The notes beneath the pieces were generated by a model that searched no databases, had not been told where the DNA came from, and was given only the letters and a program-made list of their open reading frames with translations. Below are positions 8,063 through 16,388 of a DNA stretch of 32,000 nt, piece after piece; within the stretch, counting starts at the first letter, position 1, and each line of letters starts with the position of its first letter. The stretch is from assembly GCA_028279805.1 (NCBI GenBank), contig JANQMZ010000007.1:821279-853278 (forward strand), written 5' to 3'. Both the position numbers and the translations under genes were made by a program. The stretch is from an archaeon (GTDB lineage: Archaea > Iainarchaeota > Iainarchaeia > Iainarchaeales > JANQMZ01).

Positions 8063-9087
8063 TATTCATCATCCAGAATTGAATTTATTTCCTCTTTAAG
8101 TTCATTTAACAGTTTTTTTTTTGCATTATTTTGGCCTGACTTTATTTCTTCCTCTTCTTTATTTGACATTTTTCTTAATCCAATTAAAACCATAGATATC
8201 CGATCAAACAATGTGGAAGAATACTTAGGTTCAATAGTGCTTAGTTTTTCAATTGCAATGTCATAATTTCTTTCTAGAAATAACTTTCTACAATCAGAAT
8301 TCTCAAAAATTTTATCCAATTTTCTAACATCCCGAACATTAAGGAATTTGTCAATTCCAACCCAATCACAAAAATCAGCGTCTGTAAAATTCAAATTTTG
8401 CATTTGCTGTTTTAAATTTTTGTTCTTTAAATATTCCACAAAATACGTAAACTTATGTACGAAATCCTTCTTGTTTCCATATTTTTTCTTGAATTGTGTC
8501 GACATTAATTTGAATGCATCAATATCTTGCTTAATGCTACTTTTGTTTAATTTTGTCCTTAAAGAAAGGGTCTCCAAAGAAATTTTGTGGTCCTCATGTA
8601 AAGCATACAAATATTTGGCTTTTTCATAAGTGTCCCATTCATTTGTTCCATTCAAATGGGCAGTCAATCTAATGAAATCTTTGCCTTCGTCATCTAAATC
8701 AGCGGAAAACACTACACATTTTATTTTTTTGAAATTTTTTTCTTCAGGATATTCTCCACTTAACTGTTTATAAATAAGCAATCTGGTGTTTCCTTCAATT
8801 ACAATATAGTTTTTTTTTGGAAGTTGTTGTACCCATATATCGTACAACGCTCCCTTGTTATCTTTGATTGAAGCTTTTAGGTCATAGTAATAAGAATTTC
8901 TTTTTAACGCATATGCTATTTGACCCTGGGTCATTTTTTCTTTTTCTTCCTCAAAAGTGTCTTTAGCTAGAGATATTCTTGGATTTTCAACGTCAAACAT
9001 AATTTTTTCTATTTCAATTTCTTGTCTTTTGACAGGGGTTTTTCTTCTATTAATAATGACGCTGTCGGGATAAACAGGCGAGTTCAT
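8062..9087 (-). CDS. ParB/Srx-superfamily protein A (ParB-like N-terminal domain)
   Basis: 341 aa; EIEIEKIMFDVENPRISL ... KKNYIVIEGNTRLLIYKQL; shares the EGNTRL and NVRDVRKL motifs with the 5233..6225 product. Confidence 0.75.
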   Translation of the reverse strand: MNSPVYPDSVIINRRKTPVKRQEIEIEKIMFDVENPRISLAKDTFEEEKEKMTQGQIAYALKRNSYYYDLKASIKDNKGALYDIWVQQLPKKNYIVIEGNTRLLIYKQLSGEYPEEKNFKKIKCVVFSADLDDEGKDFIRLTAHLNGTNEWDTYEKAKYLYALHEDHKISLETLSLRTKLNKSSIKQDIDAFKLMSTQFKKKYGNKKDFVHKFTYFVEYLKNKNLKQQMQNLNFTDADFCDWVGIDKFLNVRDVRKLDKIFENSDCRKLFLERNYDIAIEKLSTIEPKYSSTLFDRISMVLIGLRKMSNKEEEEIKSGQNNAKKKLLNELKEEINSILDDE

Positions 9088-9225
9088 TTTATTTCACATT
9101 TTTAAATTTTTTTTTGTATTGTTATAATTATATAATTAAAAACAAAATTAATTTAACACTTTACTGTGAACTATGAAATCGTATATGCTTATTTTTTGTC
9201 AAAAGTTTAGCGAAATATTTTTTTT

Positions 9226-9822
9226 TCAATATAATATTTGTTTTACTTTTTTTACAATTGATGAATGTTTGCTGTAAAACAAAAAACTCATAATTTGCCC
9301 CATGTTGCCTGTTTTTTTTCTGATTGAACTTTTTTCAAAATCAATAATAACCGGCAAATTCTTCCTTACAATAATGTTTCTGCCCCGCCTTGCAAGCTGC
9401 CCATGGCTTAATCCTAGTGAATCCATTAAACTTATTTGCATAAACAATTCGTTTAACAAATTCATAAACTTTTTTTTTGAAGGTTTATCAAACAACCATT
9501 TGTCCAAAGTTTTTCCTTTAACAAATTCCATTAAAACGCATTTGTTTTGTGAATCAAATTTTTTCAGTTTTGGCCCGATGCCAACAGAATTTGCCAGCTT
9601 TAAATGTTTAACCTCTTTTTCCAGCATTTGAATTCTGCGTGATTTGTCTTTTTCAATTTTTAATGCAAACTTTTTTTCACGCAATTTAACCAGGTAAATA
9701 TTTGAAGAATGTCCTTTGGCCAAAAATTTAACCATTTTAAGCTTGTTTTTTTTCAAAAAATTCTGCAATCTGAATTCTTCTGATTTCATTAAAATTACCA
9801 TTTTTGATGATTGTACTGGCAT
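9226..9822 (-). CDS. Predicted Ser/Thr protein kinase (RIO/Bud32-like small archaeal kinase); true start probably the internal MKSEEF
   Basis: LAKGHSSNIYLVKLREKKFALKIEKD, VLMEFVKGKTLDKWL, LSHGQLARRGRNIIV...PVIIDFEKS. Confidence 0.75.
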   Translation of the reverse strand: MPVQSSKMVILMKSEEFRLQNFLKKNKLKMVKFLAKGHSSNIYLVKLREKKFALKIEKDKSRRIQMLEKEVKHLKLANSVGIGPKLKKFDSQNKCVLMEFVKGKTLDKWLFDKPSKKKFMNLLNELFMQISLMDSLGLSHGQLARRGRNIIVRKNLPVIIDFEKSSIRKKTGNMGQIMSFLFYSKHSSIVKKVKQILY

Positions 9823-9921
9823 TTACACAAGCTTTTTAAATCTTTTTTAATGAAAATTAGGTTATAAAGCAATAAAAATGCTATTTTTAAAAATTTACAA
9901 ATTTTTGAGGTGTAATTGTTA

Positions 9922-11565
9922 ATGGCTGAACAAGATGCAAACAGGCAAATTGTATTTTTAAGTGAGGGTTCCAAAAGAACAAGGGGGAGAGAAGCACAGC
10001 AAATTAATATTTTGATTGCAAGGGCGATCGCTGAAGCTGTAAAAAGCACTTTGGGTCCCAAAGGAATGGACAAAATGATTGTTGATGACCTGGGTGACAT
10101 AATTATTTCAAATGACGGTGCAACAATTTTGGATGAAATGAGCATTGACCATCCGGTTGGAAAAATGCTTGTAGATGTTGCAAAAACTCAGGAAGCAGAG
10201 GTGGGTGATGGCACCACGACAGCTGTTGTTTTAGCCGGAGGCTTGCTGGAAAAAGCTGAAAAATTATTGGATGATGAAATTCATCCGAGCATTATAATTA
10301 AAGGTTACAGGCATGCAACAAAAAAAGCAATTGAAATTTTAAACAAAATTTCAGATTCGGTTAATGTTAATGATAAAAAAATGTTAACACAAATTGCAAT
10401 GACTTCAATGACAGGCAAATCAGCTGAAGCTGAAATGAAACTGGCTTCAATGGTTGTTGACTCTGTTTTGGCTGTAATGGAAGAAGATAATGGCAGAATT
10501 GTTATTGACAAAGACATGATTAAAATTGAAACAAAGCAAGGTGCGTCTTTGGCAAAAACTGAAATGATTAACGGCATTGTTATTGACAAAGAAGTTGTTC
10601 ATTCAGGAATGCCAAAACATGTTAAAAATGCAAAAATTGCATTGGTTGATGCTGCCTTGGAAATAAAGGAAACGGAAACGGATGCGGAAATAAGAATTTC
10701 TGACCCGGAACAATTGCAGGCTTTTTTGGATAAAGAAGAATCTTTATTGAAAGAAATGGTTGAAAATGTTTCAAAATCCGGTGCAAACGTTTTAATGTGC
10801 CAGAAAGGAATTGATGATTTGGCTCAGCATTTTTTGTCAAAAAACGGAATTCTTGCAATTCGCAGGGTTAAAAAAAGTGACATGGAAAAAATTGCAAAAG
10901 CAACAGGTGCAAGCATTGTTACAAGACTTAGTGACATTTCAAAAACAGATTTGGGGCAAGCAAAAGATGTTTCAGAAAAAAAAATAGGAGACGAAGAAAT
11001 GCTGTTTATTGAAGGCTGCAAAAACCCAAAATCTGTTACAATTTTGGTTCGAGGCGGTTCACAGCACGTTGTAGAAGAAGCCGAAAGGTCAATTGATGAT
11101 GCTTTGGGCACAGTTTCAAGCGTATTAAGAGACAAAAAATCTGTTTCAGGCGGAGGCAGCACCGAAATTGAACTGGCAATGCAGTTAAGAAAATATGCAA
11201 CAAGTGTCGGAGGCAGAGAACAGTTAGCAATAGAAGCATTTGCTGAAACACTTGAAGTAATTCCAAGAACTTTAGCTGAAACAGCAGGAAGAAATCCTTT
11301 GGATACAATTGTTGACTTAAAATCAAAACACAAAGGAGAAAAAGGCAAATACATCGGAGTAAACGTTTATTCCGGAAAACTAGAGGACATGAAAAAAGAA
11401 CATGTCATTGAACCTTTAAGCGTTAAAACCCAGGCAATAACTTCAGCCTCAGAAGTAGCTGAAATGGTTCTAAGAATTGATGACATAATTAAAGGAACCG
11501 GAAGCAAAGCACCTCCGATGGGACCAGAAGGAATGCCACCTGGAATGCCTCCAATGGGAATGTAA
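9922..11565 (+). CDS. Thermosome (group II chaperonin) subunit; start set at MAEQDANRQ
   Basis: [51 protein letters not shown], and a Gly/Met/Pro-rich C-terminus. Confidence 0.97.
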   Translation: MAEQDANRQIVFLSEGSKRTRGREAQQINILIARAIAEAVKSTLGPKGMDKMIVDDLGDIIISNDGATILDEMSIDHPVGKMLVDVAKTQEAEVGDGTTTAVVLAGGLLEKAEKLLDDEIHPSIIIKGYRHATKKAIEILNKISDSVNVNDKKMLTQIAMTSMTGKSAEAEMKLASMVVDSVLAVMEEDNGRIVIDKDMIKIETKQGASLAKTEMINGIVIDKEVVHSGMPKHVKNAKIALVDAALEIKETETDAEIRISDPEQLQAFLDKEESLLKEMVENVSKSGANVLMCQKGIDDLAQHFLSKNGILAIRRVKKSDMEKIAKATGASIVTRLSDISKTDLGQAKDVSEKKIGDEEMLFIEGCKNPKSVTILVRGGSQHVVEEAERSIDDALGTVSSVLRDKKSVSGGGSTEIELAMQLRKYATSVGGREQLAIEAFAETLEVIPRTLAETAGRNPLDTIVDLKSKHKGEKGKYIGVNVYSGKLEDMKKEHVIEPLSVKTQAITSASEVAEMVLRIDDIIKGTGSKAPPMGPEGMPPGMPPMGM

Positions 11566-11567
11566 CA

Positions 11568-11680
11568 AGCTGCCTGACTGCAGCTGGGAGTCGTGCCATT
11601 TGCAATGGCACTGTCATCACTGCATAAGTGATCCATGTTCTGGCTCAAATGCCCACCTTTGTTAGGGTGAACTTTTTTTT
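11568..11680 (+). ncRNA. Candidate structured 3' UTR or ncRNA downstream of the thermosome gene
   Basis: Consecutive perfect hairpins: AGCTGC-ctgact-GCAGCT (11568-11585), GTGCCATT-tgc-AATGGCAC (11593-11611), ATCACT-gcata-AGTGAT (11616-11632), plus GTTC...GAAC/CACC...GGTG (11637-11672), ending in T8. Confidence 0.45.
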
Positions 11681-11723
11681 CCTCAATTACTTTTTAACCA
11701 TTTCCAAATTTTTATTTTTCTGA

Positions 11724-12254
11724 ATGCAAGTAATTGGAATAACCGGTTTAATTAGGACAGGAAAAGATGCTGTTGCTGATTATTTGGTTGAAAAACATGG
11801 TTTTGAAAAATTTGTTTTAAGTGACATCATAGTTGAAGAAGCAAAAAAAAGACAAATTGAACCCAATAAAAAAAACATTGCTTTTCTGGCAGATGAATTA
11901 AGAAAAGAAAAAGGATTCGGAACTGTTGCACAAAAACTTGCTGAAAAAATTAAACAAAAAAATCCTGAAAAAGTTGTGGTTGTAGGATTCAGGTCAGTTG
12001 AAGAAATTCCTTTTATTAAAAATATTTCAAAAACTTTTACTCTTATTACAATTGTTGCTCCAAAAAAGAAAAGATTTGAAAGGCGTTCCGATTTGGATCC
12101 GGATAATGAGGAAGAATTTTTTGAAAGAGACAAAATTGATTTGGAAAACAAAGGTCTGCAAAAAGTAATTGATTTGTCGGACATGACTTTAGACAATTCA
12201 GGCACTTTTAAAGAATTATTTGAATTAATTGAAAAAAAGCTTTTTACTGAATAA
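11724..12254 (+). CDS. Predicted P-loop nucleotide kinase (dephospho-CoA/AMP-CMP kinase-like)
   Basis: 176 aa; MQVIGITGLIRTGKDAVADYLVEKHGFEKFVLSDII, VVVGFRSVEEIPF, FERRSDLDP. Confidence 0.65.
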   Translation: MQVIGITGLIRTGKDAVADYLVEKHGFEKFVLSDIIVEEAKKRQIEPNKKNIAFLADELRKEKGFGTVAQKLAEKIKQKNPEKVVVVGFRSVEEIPFIKNISKTFTLITIVAPKKKRFERRSDLDPDNEEEFFERDKIDLENKGLQKVIDLSDMTLDNSGTFKELFELIEKKLFTE

Positions 12255-12335
12255 AACGTATTTTTTATGCTTTTAAACCAAAATGAAAAGCTTTAAAAAC
12301 AGCAAAATCATTTTGATTAACGAGGTGATTTTCAC

Positions 12336-13022
12336 TTGGGCGTAGATAGCGTAGTTTCCGGCGGAATTGTCGGACAAACAGCCACAAGCCTTTCAGATGC
12401 TTTAATGCAGCTTGCCATATCAACATTAAGCTTTATACCAAACCTAATTGCAGCAGTAATAATAGTTGCAATTGGCTGGTTCATTGGAAGCTTGTTAAAA
12501 CAGGCAATTGTAATACCGTTACTTCAAAGAGTAAAGGTTGACCAATGGATTGAAGAGCAAAATTTATCCAAAGCCTTGGGACACTATGAAGTTTCAAGAC
12601 TTTTAGGGAGTTTTGTTAAATGGTATGTTATTGCCGTATTTTTAGCACAAGCAGCTCAAACTTTTGACTTACAAGTTTTGGGAACATTCTTACTGGACTT
12701 AGCCAGATTTATTCCGCAAGTATTAGTTGCATTTGTAATTTTTGCAATCGGAGTACTATTGGCAAGATATGTCAGGAACGCAGTTGAATCAACAAAACAT
12801 TCACACAAAAAAACAGTCGGCCTGGTAATAGAAATAGCAGTAATTTACCTGGCAATCGTTGTTTCACTGGGCAGTGTTGGCATTGAAGTTCAGTTACTTG
12901 AAGACTTGTTCAGAATAGCATTCAGTGCATTTGTTCTGACAATAGCAATAGTAGCCGGAATATCATTCGGACTAGCTTTCAAAGATGATGCTAAAAAAAT
13001 GCTGAAAGGAATCTGGAAATAA
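12336..13022 (+). CDS. Small membrane protein related to mechanosensitive channel TM-helix proteins
   Basis: 228 aa with 5 or so hydrophobic helices; IPNLIAAVIIVAIGWFIGSLLKQAI and ARFIPQVLVAFVIFAIGVLLARYV repeats are typical of the conserved TM-helix family. Confidence 0.6.
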   Translation: MGVDSVVSGGIVGQTATSLSDALMQLAISTLSFIPNLIAAVIIVAIGWFIGSLLKQAIVIPLLQRVKVDQWIEEQNLSKALGHYEVSRLLGSFVKWYVIAVFLAQAAQTFDLQVLGTFLLDLARFIPQVLVAFVIFAIGVLLARYVRNAVESTKHSHKKTVGLVIEIAVIYLAIVVSLGSVGIEVQLLEDLFRIAFSAFVLTIAIVAGISFGLAFKDDAKKMLKGIWK

Positions 13023-13065
13023 AACCCGGATTCTTTTCCTTTATTTTTTCTTTTTTTAGCCATTA

Positions 13066-13128
13066 GAAGCTATTCCAAAGCTCTATTGCCTAGGCGCAAT
13101 CGGCTTCAGGTGCTATTTTAGATAGCAC
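13066..13128 (+). ncRNA. Low-confidence candidate structured RNA upstream of the tRNA gene
   Basis: GTGCTAT-tttag-ATAGCAC (13110-13128), ATTGC-ctaggc-GCAAT (13085-13100), enclosing GAAGC (13066-13070)/GCTTC (13103-13107). Confidence 0.25.
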
Positions 13129-13192
13129 ATAAATTAGCAAAAAACGCTTTTCGCATGCTATTTAAAACTTTTTTAACGCATTTTACTTTAAC

Positions 13193-13266
13193 GGGCACAT
13201 AGCTCAGTCTGGTAGAGTGGTAGTCTTATACACTATCGGTCGGGGGTTCAAATCCTCCTGTGCCCA
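13193..13266 (+). tRNA. tRNA with anticodon UAU (tRNA-Ile, AUA-decoding)
   Basis: GGGCACA/TGTGCCC acceptor, GCTC/GAGT D-stem, GTAGT-CTTATAC-ACTAT anticodon arm, GGGGG-TTCAAAT-CCTCC T-arm, discriminator A; 74 nt, all canonical arm lengths. Confidence 0.9.
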
Positions 13267-13267
13267 T

Positions 13268-13324
13268 GCCCGATGTTTCGGGCGGGAACGTGCGCCGTTG
13301 GCAGCACTGGCGCCTTTGAGGCGC
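13268..13324 (+). ncRNA. Candidate GC-rich structured element between the tRNA and ileS
   Basis: GCCCG-atgttt-CGGGC (13268-13283), GTGC-GCC-gtt-GGC-(a)-GCAC (13290-13307), GCGCC-tttga-GGCGC (13310-13324); GC-rich in an otherwise AT-rich window. Confidence 0.4.
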
Positions 13325-13334
13325 ATTTAAATAA
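13325..13334 (+). promoter_or_regulatory. Archaeal TATA box for ileS
   Basis: atttaaataa ~25-30 nt upstream of the ATG candidates at 13350/13356. Confidence 0.5.
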
Positions 13335-13349
13335 AGTAAATGAGTTGTT

Positions 13350-16211
13350 TTGCAAATGAGCAAAGGTTTGGAACAGTATTCTCATGAAAAAGAAAAAGAA
13401 ATAATTCAATTATGGGAAAAAGAAAAAATCCGTGAAAAATTTTTAAAATTGAATAAAAATTCAAAAAAAACTTTTTACATGATGGACGGCCCGCCATATG
13501 CAACAGGCAGCATTCACATGGGAACAGCTTTAAACAAAATTTTAAAAGACATATCAATCCGTTCACAAAACATGCAGGGCTTAAACGTTTTTGCCCGTCC
13601 CGGATATGACACGCATGGCTTGCCAATTGAACATAAAGTGGAAAAACAACTTGGTTTTAAAACAAAAGAAGAAATTGAAGCTTATGGAATTGAAAAGTTT
13701 GTAAAAGAATGCAAAAATTTTGCAACAAAATTTATTGACACAATGAATTCAGAATTCAATGATTTGGGTTCATGGTTTGACTGGGACAATCCATACATTA
13801 CACTGGAAAATGAATACATTGAATCTTTATGGTGGACTTTTAAAAAAGCTGAAGAAAAAAATTTGCTTTTTTTAGGCAATTATTCGGTTCATGTTTGTCC
13901 AAGATGTGTTACAGCTGTTGCTTATAATGAAATTGAATATTCAAAACAAACAGATGAATCAGTTTTTGTAAAATTTCCGGTTAAAAATCTGGAAAACACG
14001 TTTTTGATTATCTGGACGACAACTCCCTGGACTTTGCCGGGAAACACGGGAGTAATGGTTCACCCGAAATATGATTATTCTTTTGTAAAACTGAGTTCCG
14101 GTGAAACATTAATTATTGCATCTGAACTGGCTGAAAAATTAATGAATGCATTGGAAGCCGGTTTTAAAATTGAAAAAACTGTTAAAGGAAAAGAACTGGA
14201 AGGAATGCAGTATGAAAATCCTTTAACAAAACATATGCAATTGCCAAAACTTGAAAATGCTTACCGAGTAATTTTATCAGAACGTTATGTTAATTTGGAT
14301 GAAGGCTCGGGATTGGTTCACACAGCCCCTGGACATGGAAAAGAAGACTGGGAAGCCGGAACAAAAAACAATTTGCCAATAATTGTTCCCGTTGAAATGA
14401 ACGGCTCATTAAAAAAAGAAACAGGAAAATATGCAGGCAAAAAAGCACGCATTGTTGATAAAGAAATTATAAAAGACCTGGAAGAATCCGGAAACTTGTT
14501 GTACAAGCATCCTTACACTCATGATTATCCTTTGTGCTGGCGTTGTGATTCTCCTTTGATTATGCTGGCAACTCCTCAATGGTTTTTGAAAGTTTCAGAT
14601 TTAAGACAAAAACTGTTAAAAGAAAATGAAAAGACTAACTGGACTCCAAAATGGATGAAAGACAGAATGAAAAACTGGATTGAATCATTGTCAGACTGGC
14701 CAATTTCCAGGAACAGGTATTGGGGAACTCCTTTGCCAATATGGTTATGTGATTCCTGCAATCACAGGCTTGTTATTGGTTCAATTCAGGATTTGCCAAA
14801 ACATGCTAAAATTCCAAAAAATTTAGATTTGCACAAGCCTTACATTGATGAAATCAAGTTTCCATGCAAAAAATGCAACGAAAAAGGCACAATGACACGA
14901 GTTCCGGAGGTTTTGGATGTTTGGTTTGATTCAAGTGCAACATCTTGGGCTGCTTTAAATTATCCGAAAAAACAGGAATTGTTTGAAAAATTCTGGCCGG
15001 CCAATCTGAATATTGAGGGAACTGACCAGATTCGCGGATGGTGGAATTCCCAGTTAATTGCTTCAATTATTTGTTTTGATAAAGCTCCTTTTGAAAACAT
15101 TTCAACTCATGGAATGGTGTTAGATTTGTCAAAAATTAAAATGAGCAAATCAAAAGGAAACATTGTAACTCCAAAAGAGGTAATTGAAAAATATAACAGG
15201 GATTATTTGAGATTTTATTTGGCAAAAATTTCAAAAGGTTCTGACATGAAATTTTCCTGGGATGATTTAAAGGATATTCACAGGTTTTTTAACATTTTAT
15301 TTAACACGGTTAATTTTGTTTCATTATACTTGGATGTAAAGTTAAATGATGGAAAAATAAAAGAAAAGCTTGAACCGGAAGATTTGTGGATTTTAAGCAA
15401 AACCAATTCTTTAACCGAACAGGTTACAAATGCTTACAATTCTTTTACTTTTTATAATGCGGTTAATGCATTGGAACAATTTATAATGGAAGATTTAAGC
15501 AGAACTTACATTAAATTAATCCGGCCAAGAATAAATTCGGACTCGCATGAAGCAGCTTCACAAACTTTGGGTTATTGCATTAACGTTGTTTTAAAATTGC
15601 TGGCGCCAATTGCTCCGCATGCTTCAGAGTTTGTGTTTAAAAATTTTTCAAATGAAAGCATTCATTTACAACATTTTGCAGAATTAAACAAAAAGTTTTC
15701 AGATAAAAAAATTGAACATGAAATGGATTTGGTTAAAGACTTATCTCAAACAGTTTTAAGTTTGCGTTCTGAAAACAATTTAAGGTTAAGATGGTTATTG
15801 GAATCTGTTGCTGTTCAAAACATTTCCTTGCCAAAACTAAAAAATGTTCTGGCAAAAATGTGCAATGTTAGAAAAGTAACTGAAACAAAATCAAAATTAA
15901 AAGGAAAATTTGCACAAAAAGAATTCAATAAGGGAATTGTTTATCTGAATCTGGACACTCCCGATGAATTAAAAGAAGAATGGGAATTCAGAGAATTGGT
16001 CAGACTGGTGCAAGATTCAAGAAAAAAATCAGGCTTAAATCCGAATGACATCGTTGAGTTAAATTTGGGTTCATCTGATGTTAATTTTTTGAAAAAATTT
16101 TCAAAAGAACTGGAAAAAGAAACCAATACTAAAATAATTCAAGTTTCAGAAAAAGGGGAAAAATTGCTTGAAAAACAATTTTTTGTACAAATCGGAAAAA
16201 AAGTTAACTGA
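13350..16211 (+). CDS. ileS: Isoleucyl-tRNA synthetase
   Basis: 953 aa; YATGSIHMGTALNKILKDI (HIGH-like), EHKVEKQLG, TTPWTLPGNTG editing domain, DQIRGWW, KMSKSKGN. Confidence 0.97.
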   Translation: MQMSKGLEQYSHEKEKEIIQLWEKEKIREKFLKLNKNSKKTFYMMDGPPYATGSIHMGTALNKILKDISIRSQNMQGLNVFARPGYDTHGLPIEHKVEKQLGFKTKEEIEAYGIEKFVKECKNFATKFIDTMNSEFNDLGSWFDWDNPYITLENEYIESLWWTFKKAEEKNLLFLGNYSVHVCPRCVTAVAYNEIEYSKQTDESVFVKFPVKNLENTFLIIWTTTPWTLPGNTGVMVHPKYDYSFVKLSSGETLIIASELAEKLMNALEAGFKIEKTVKGKELEGMQYENPLTKHMQLPKLENAYRVILSERYVNLDEGSGLVHTAPGHGKEDWEAGTKNNLPIIVPVEMNGSLKKETGKYAGKKARIVDKEIIKDLEESGNLLYKHPYTHDYPLCWRCDSPLIMLATPQWFLKVSDLRQKLLKENEKTNWTPKWMKDRMKNWIESLSDWPISRNRYWGTPLPIWLCDSCNHRLVIGSIQDLPKHAKIPKNLDLHKPYIDEIKFPCKKCNEKGTMTRVPEVLDVWFDSSATSWAALNYPKKQELFEKFWPANLNIEGTDQIRGWWNSQLIASIICFDKAPFENISTHGMVLDLSKIKMSKSKGNIVTPKEVIEKYNRDYLRFYLAKISKGSDMKFSWDDLKDIHRFFNILFNTVNFVSLYLDVKLNDGKIKEKLEPEDLWILSKTNSLTEQVTNAYNSFTFYNAVNALEQFIMEDLSRTYIKLIRPRINSDSHEAASQTLGYCINVVLKLLAPIAPHASEFVFKNFSNESIHLQHFAELNKKFSDKKIEHEMDLVKDLSQTVLSLRSENNLRLRWLLESVAVQNISLPKLKNVLAKMCNVRKVTETKSKLKGKFAQKEFNKGIVYLNLDTPDELKEEWEFRELVRLVQDSRKKSGLNPNDIVELNLGSSDVNFLKKFSKELEKETNTKIIQVSEKGEKLLEKQFFVQIGKKVN

Positions 16212-16371
16212 TTGCCTGCAAAACAAGTATAACTATTATTATGACAAGAGACAATGCAATCACAAATTCCGGTGTGATTTTTGGCCCTGAAGCATCAGAG
16301 TCAGAAAATCTCATTAAACCAAGTGTGCTGCTTGGCTGTGAAACATTTTTGCTTTTTCTAAGTTTAACCAT
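16204..16371 (-). CDS. Preprotein translocase Sec61-beta/SecG-like subunit (55 aa; absent from the ORF track)
   Basis: Reverse translation MVKLRKSKNVSQPSSTLGLMRFSDSDASGPKITPEFVIALSLVIIIVILVLQAIS: archaeal Sec61-beta signature (GLMRF...GPKI.P) plus a single C-terminal TM helix; minus-strand TATA box at the correct spacing. Confidence 0.88.
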   Translation of the reverse strand: MVKLRKSKNVSQPSSTLGLMRFSDSDASGPKITPEFVIALSLVIIIVILVLQAIS

Positions 16372-16388
16372 TTTTTCAGCCTAAGTAA

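Noticed and set aside
4105-9087. Assigning the cassette to DISARM, BREX, Dnd/Ssp or a classical Type I R-M system
   Set aside because: No DUF1998, PLD, PglZ, BrxL, Dnd/Ssp or HsdS-like protein is visible; only the SNF2 + MTase combination overlaps with DISARM.
9125-9138. 14-bp palindrome TAATTATATAATTA upstream of the cassette
   Set aside because: Possible operator, but pure A/T palindromes are expected by chance in this AT-rich intergenic region; not enough to call.
4151-9631. Plus-strand ORFs of 62-114 aa across the cassette (e.g. 5255..5599, 6944..7216, 7683..7997, 9302..9631)
   Set aside because: Low-complexity F/S/L-rich antisense shadows of the real genes in AT-rich DNA; no promoter or domain signal.
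10305-11354. Minus-strand ORFs opposite the thermosome gene (94, 176 aa etc.)
   Set aside because: Antisense of a highly conserved CDS; composition is typical of shadow ORFs.
13268-13324. Interpretation as a T-box leader controlling ileS
   Set aside because: T-boxes are bacterial, and the likely ileS TATA box lies downstream of the element, so it is probably not in the ileS transcript.
16241-16384. 47-aa plus-strand ORF MTRDNAITNSGVIFGPEASESENLIKPSVLLGCETFLLFLSLTIFSA
   Set aside because: Antisense to a much more convincing Sec61-beta reading frame; no family resemblance.
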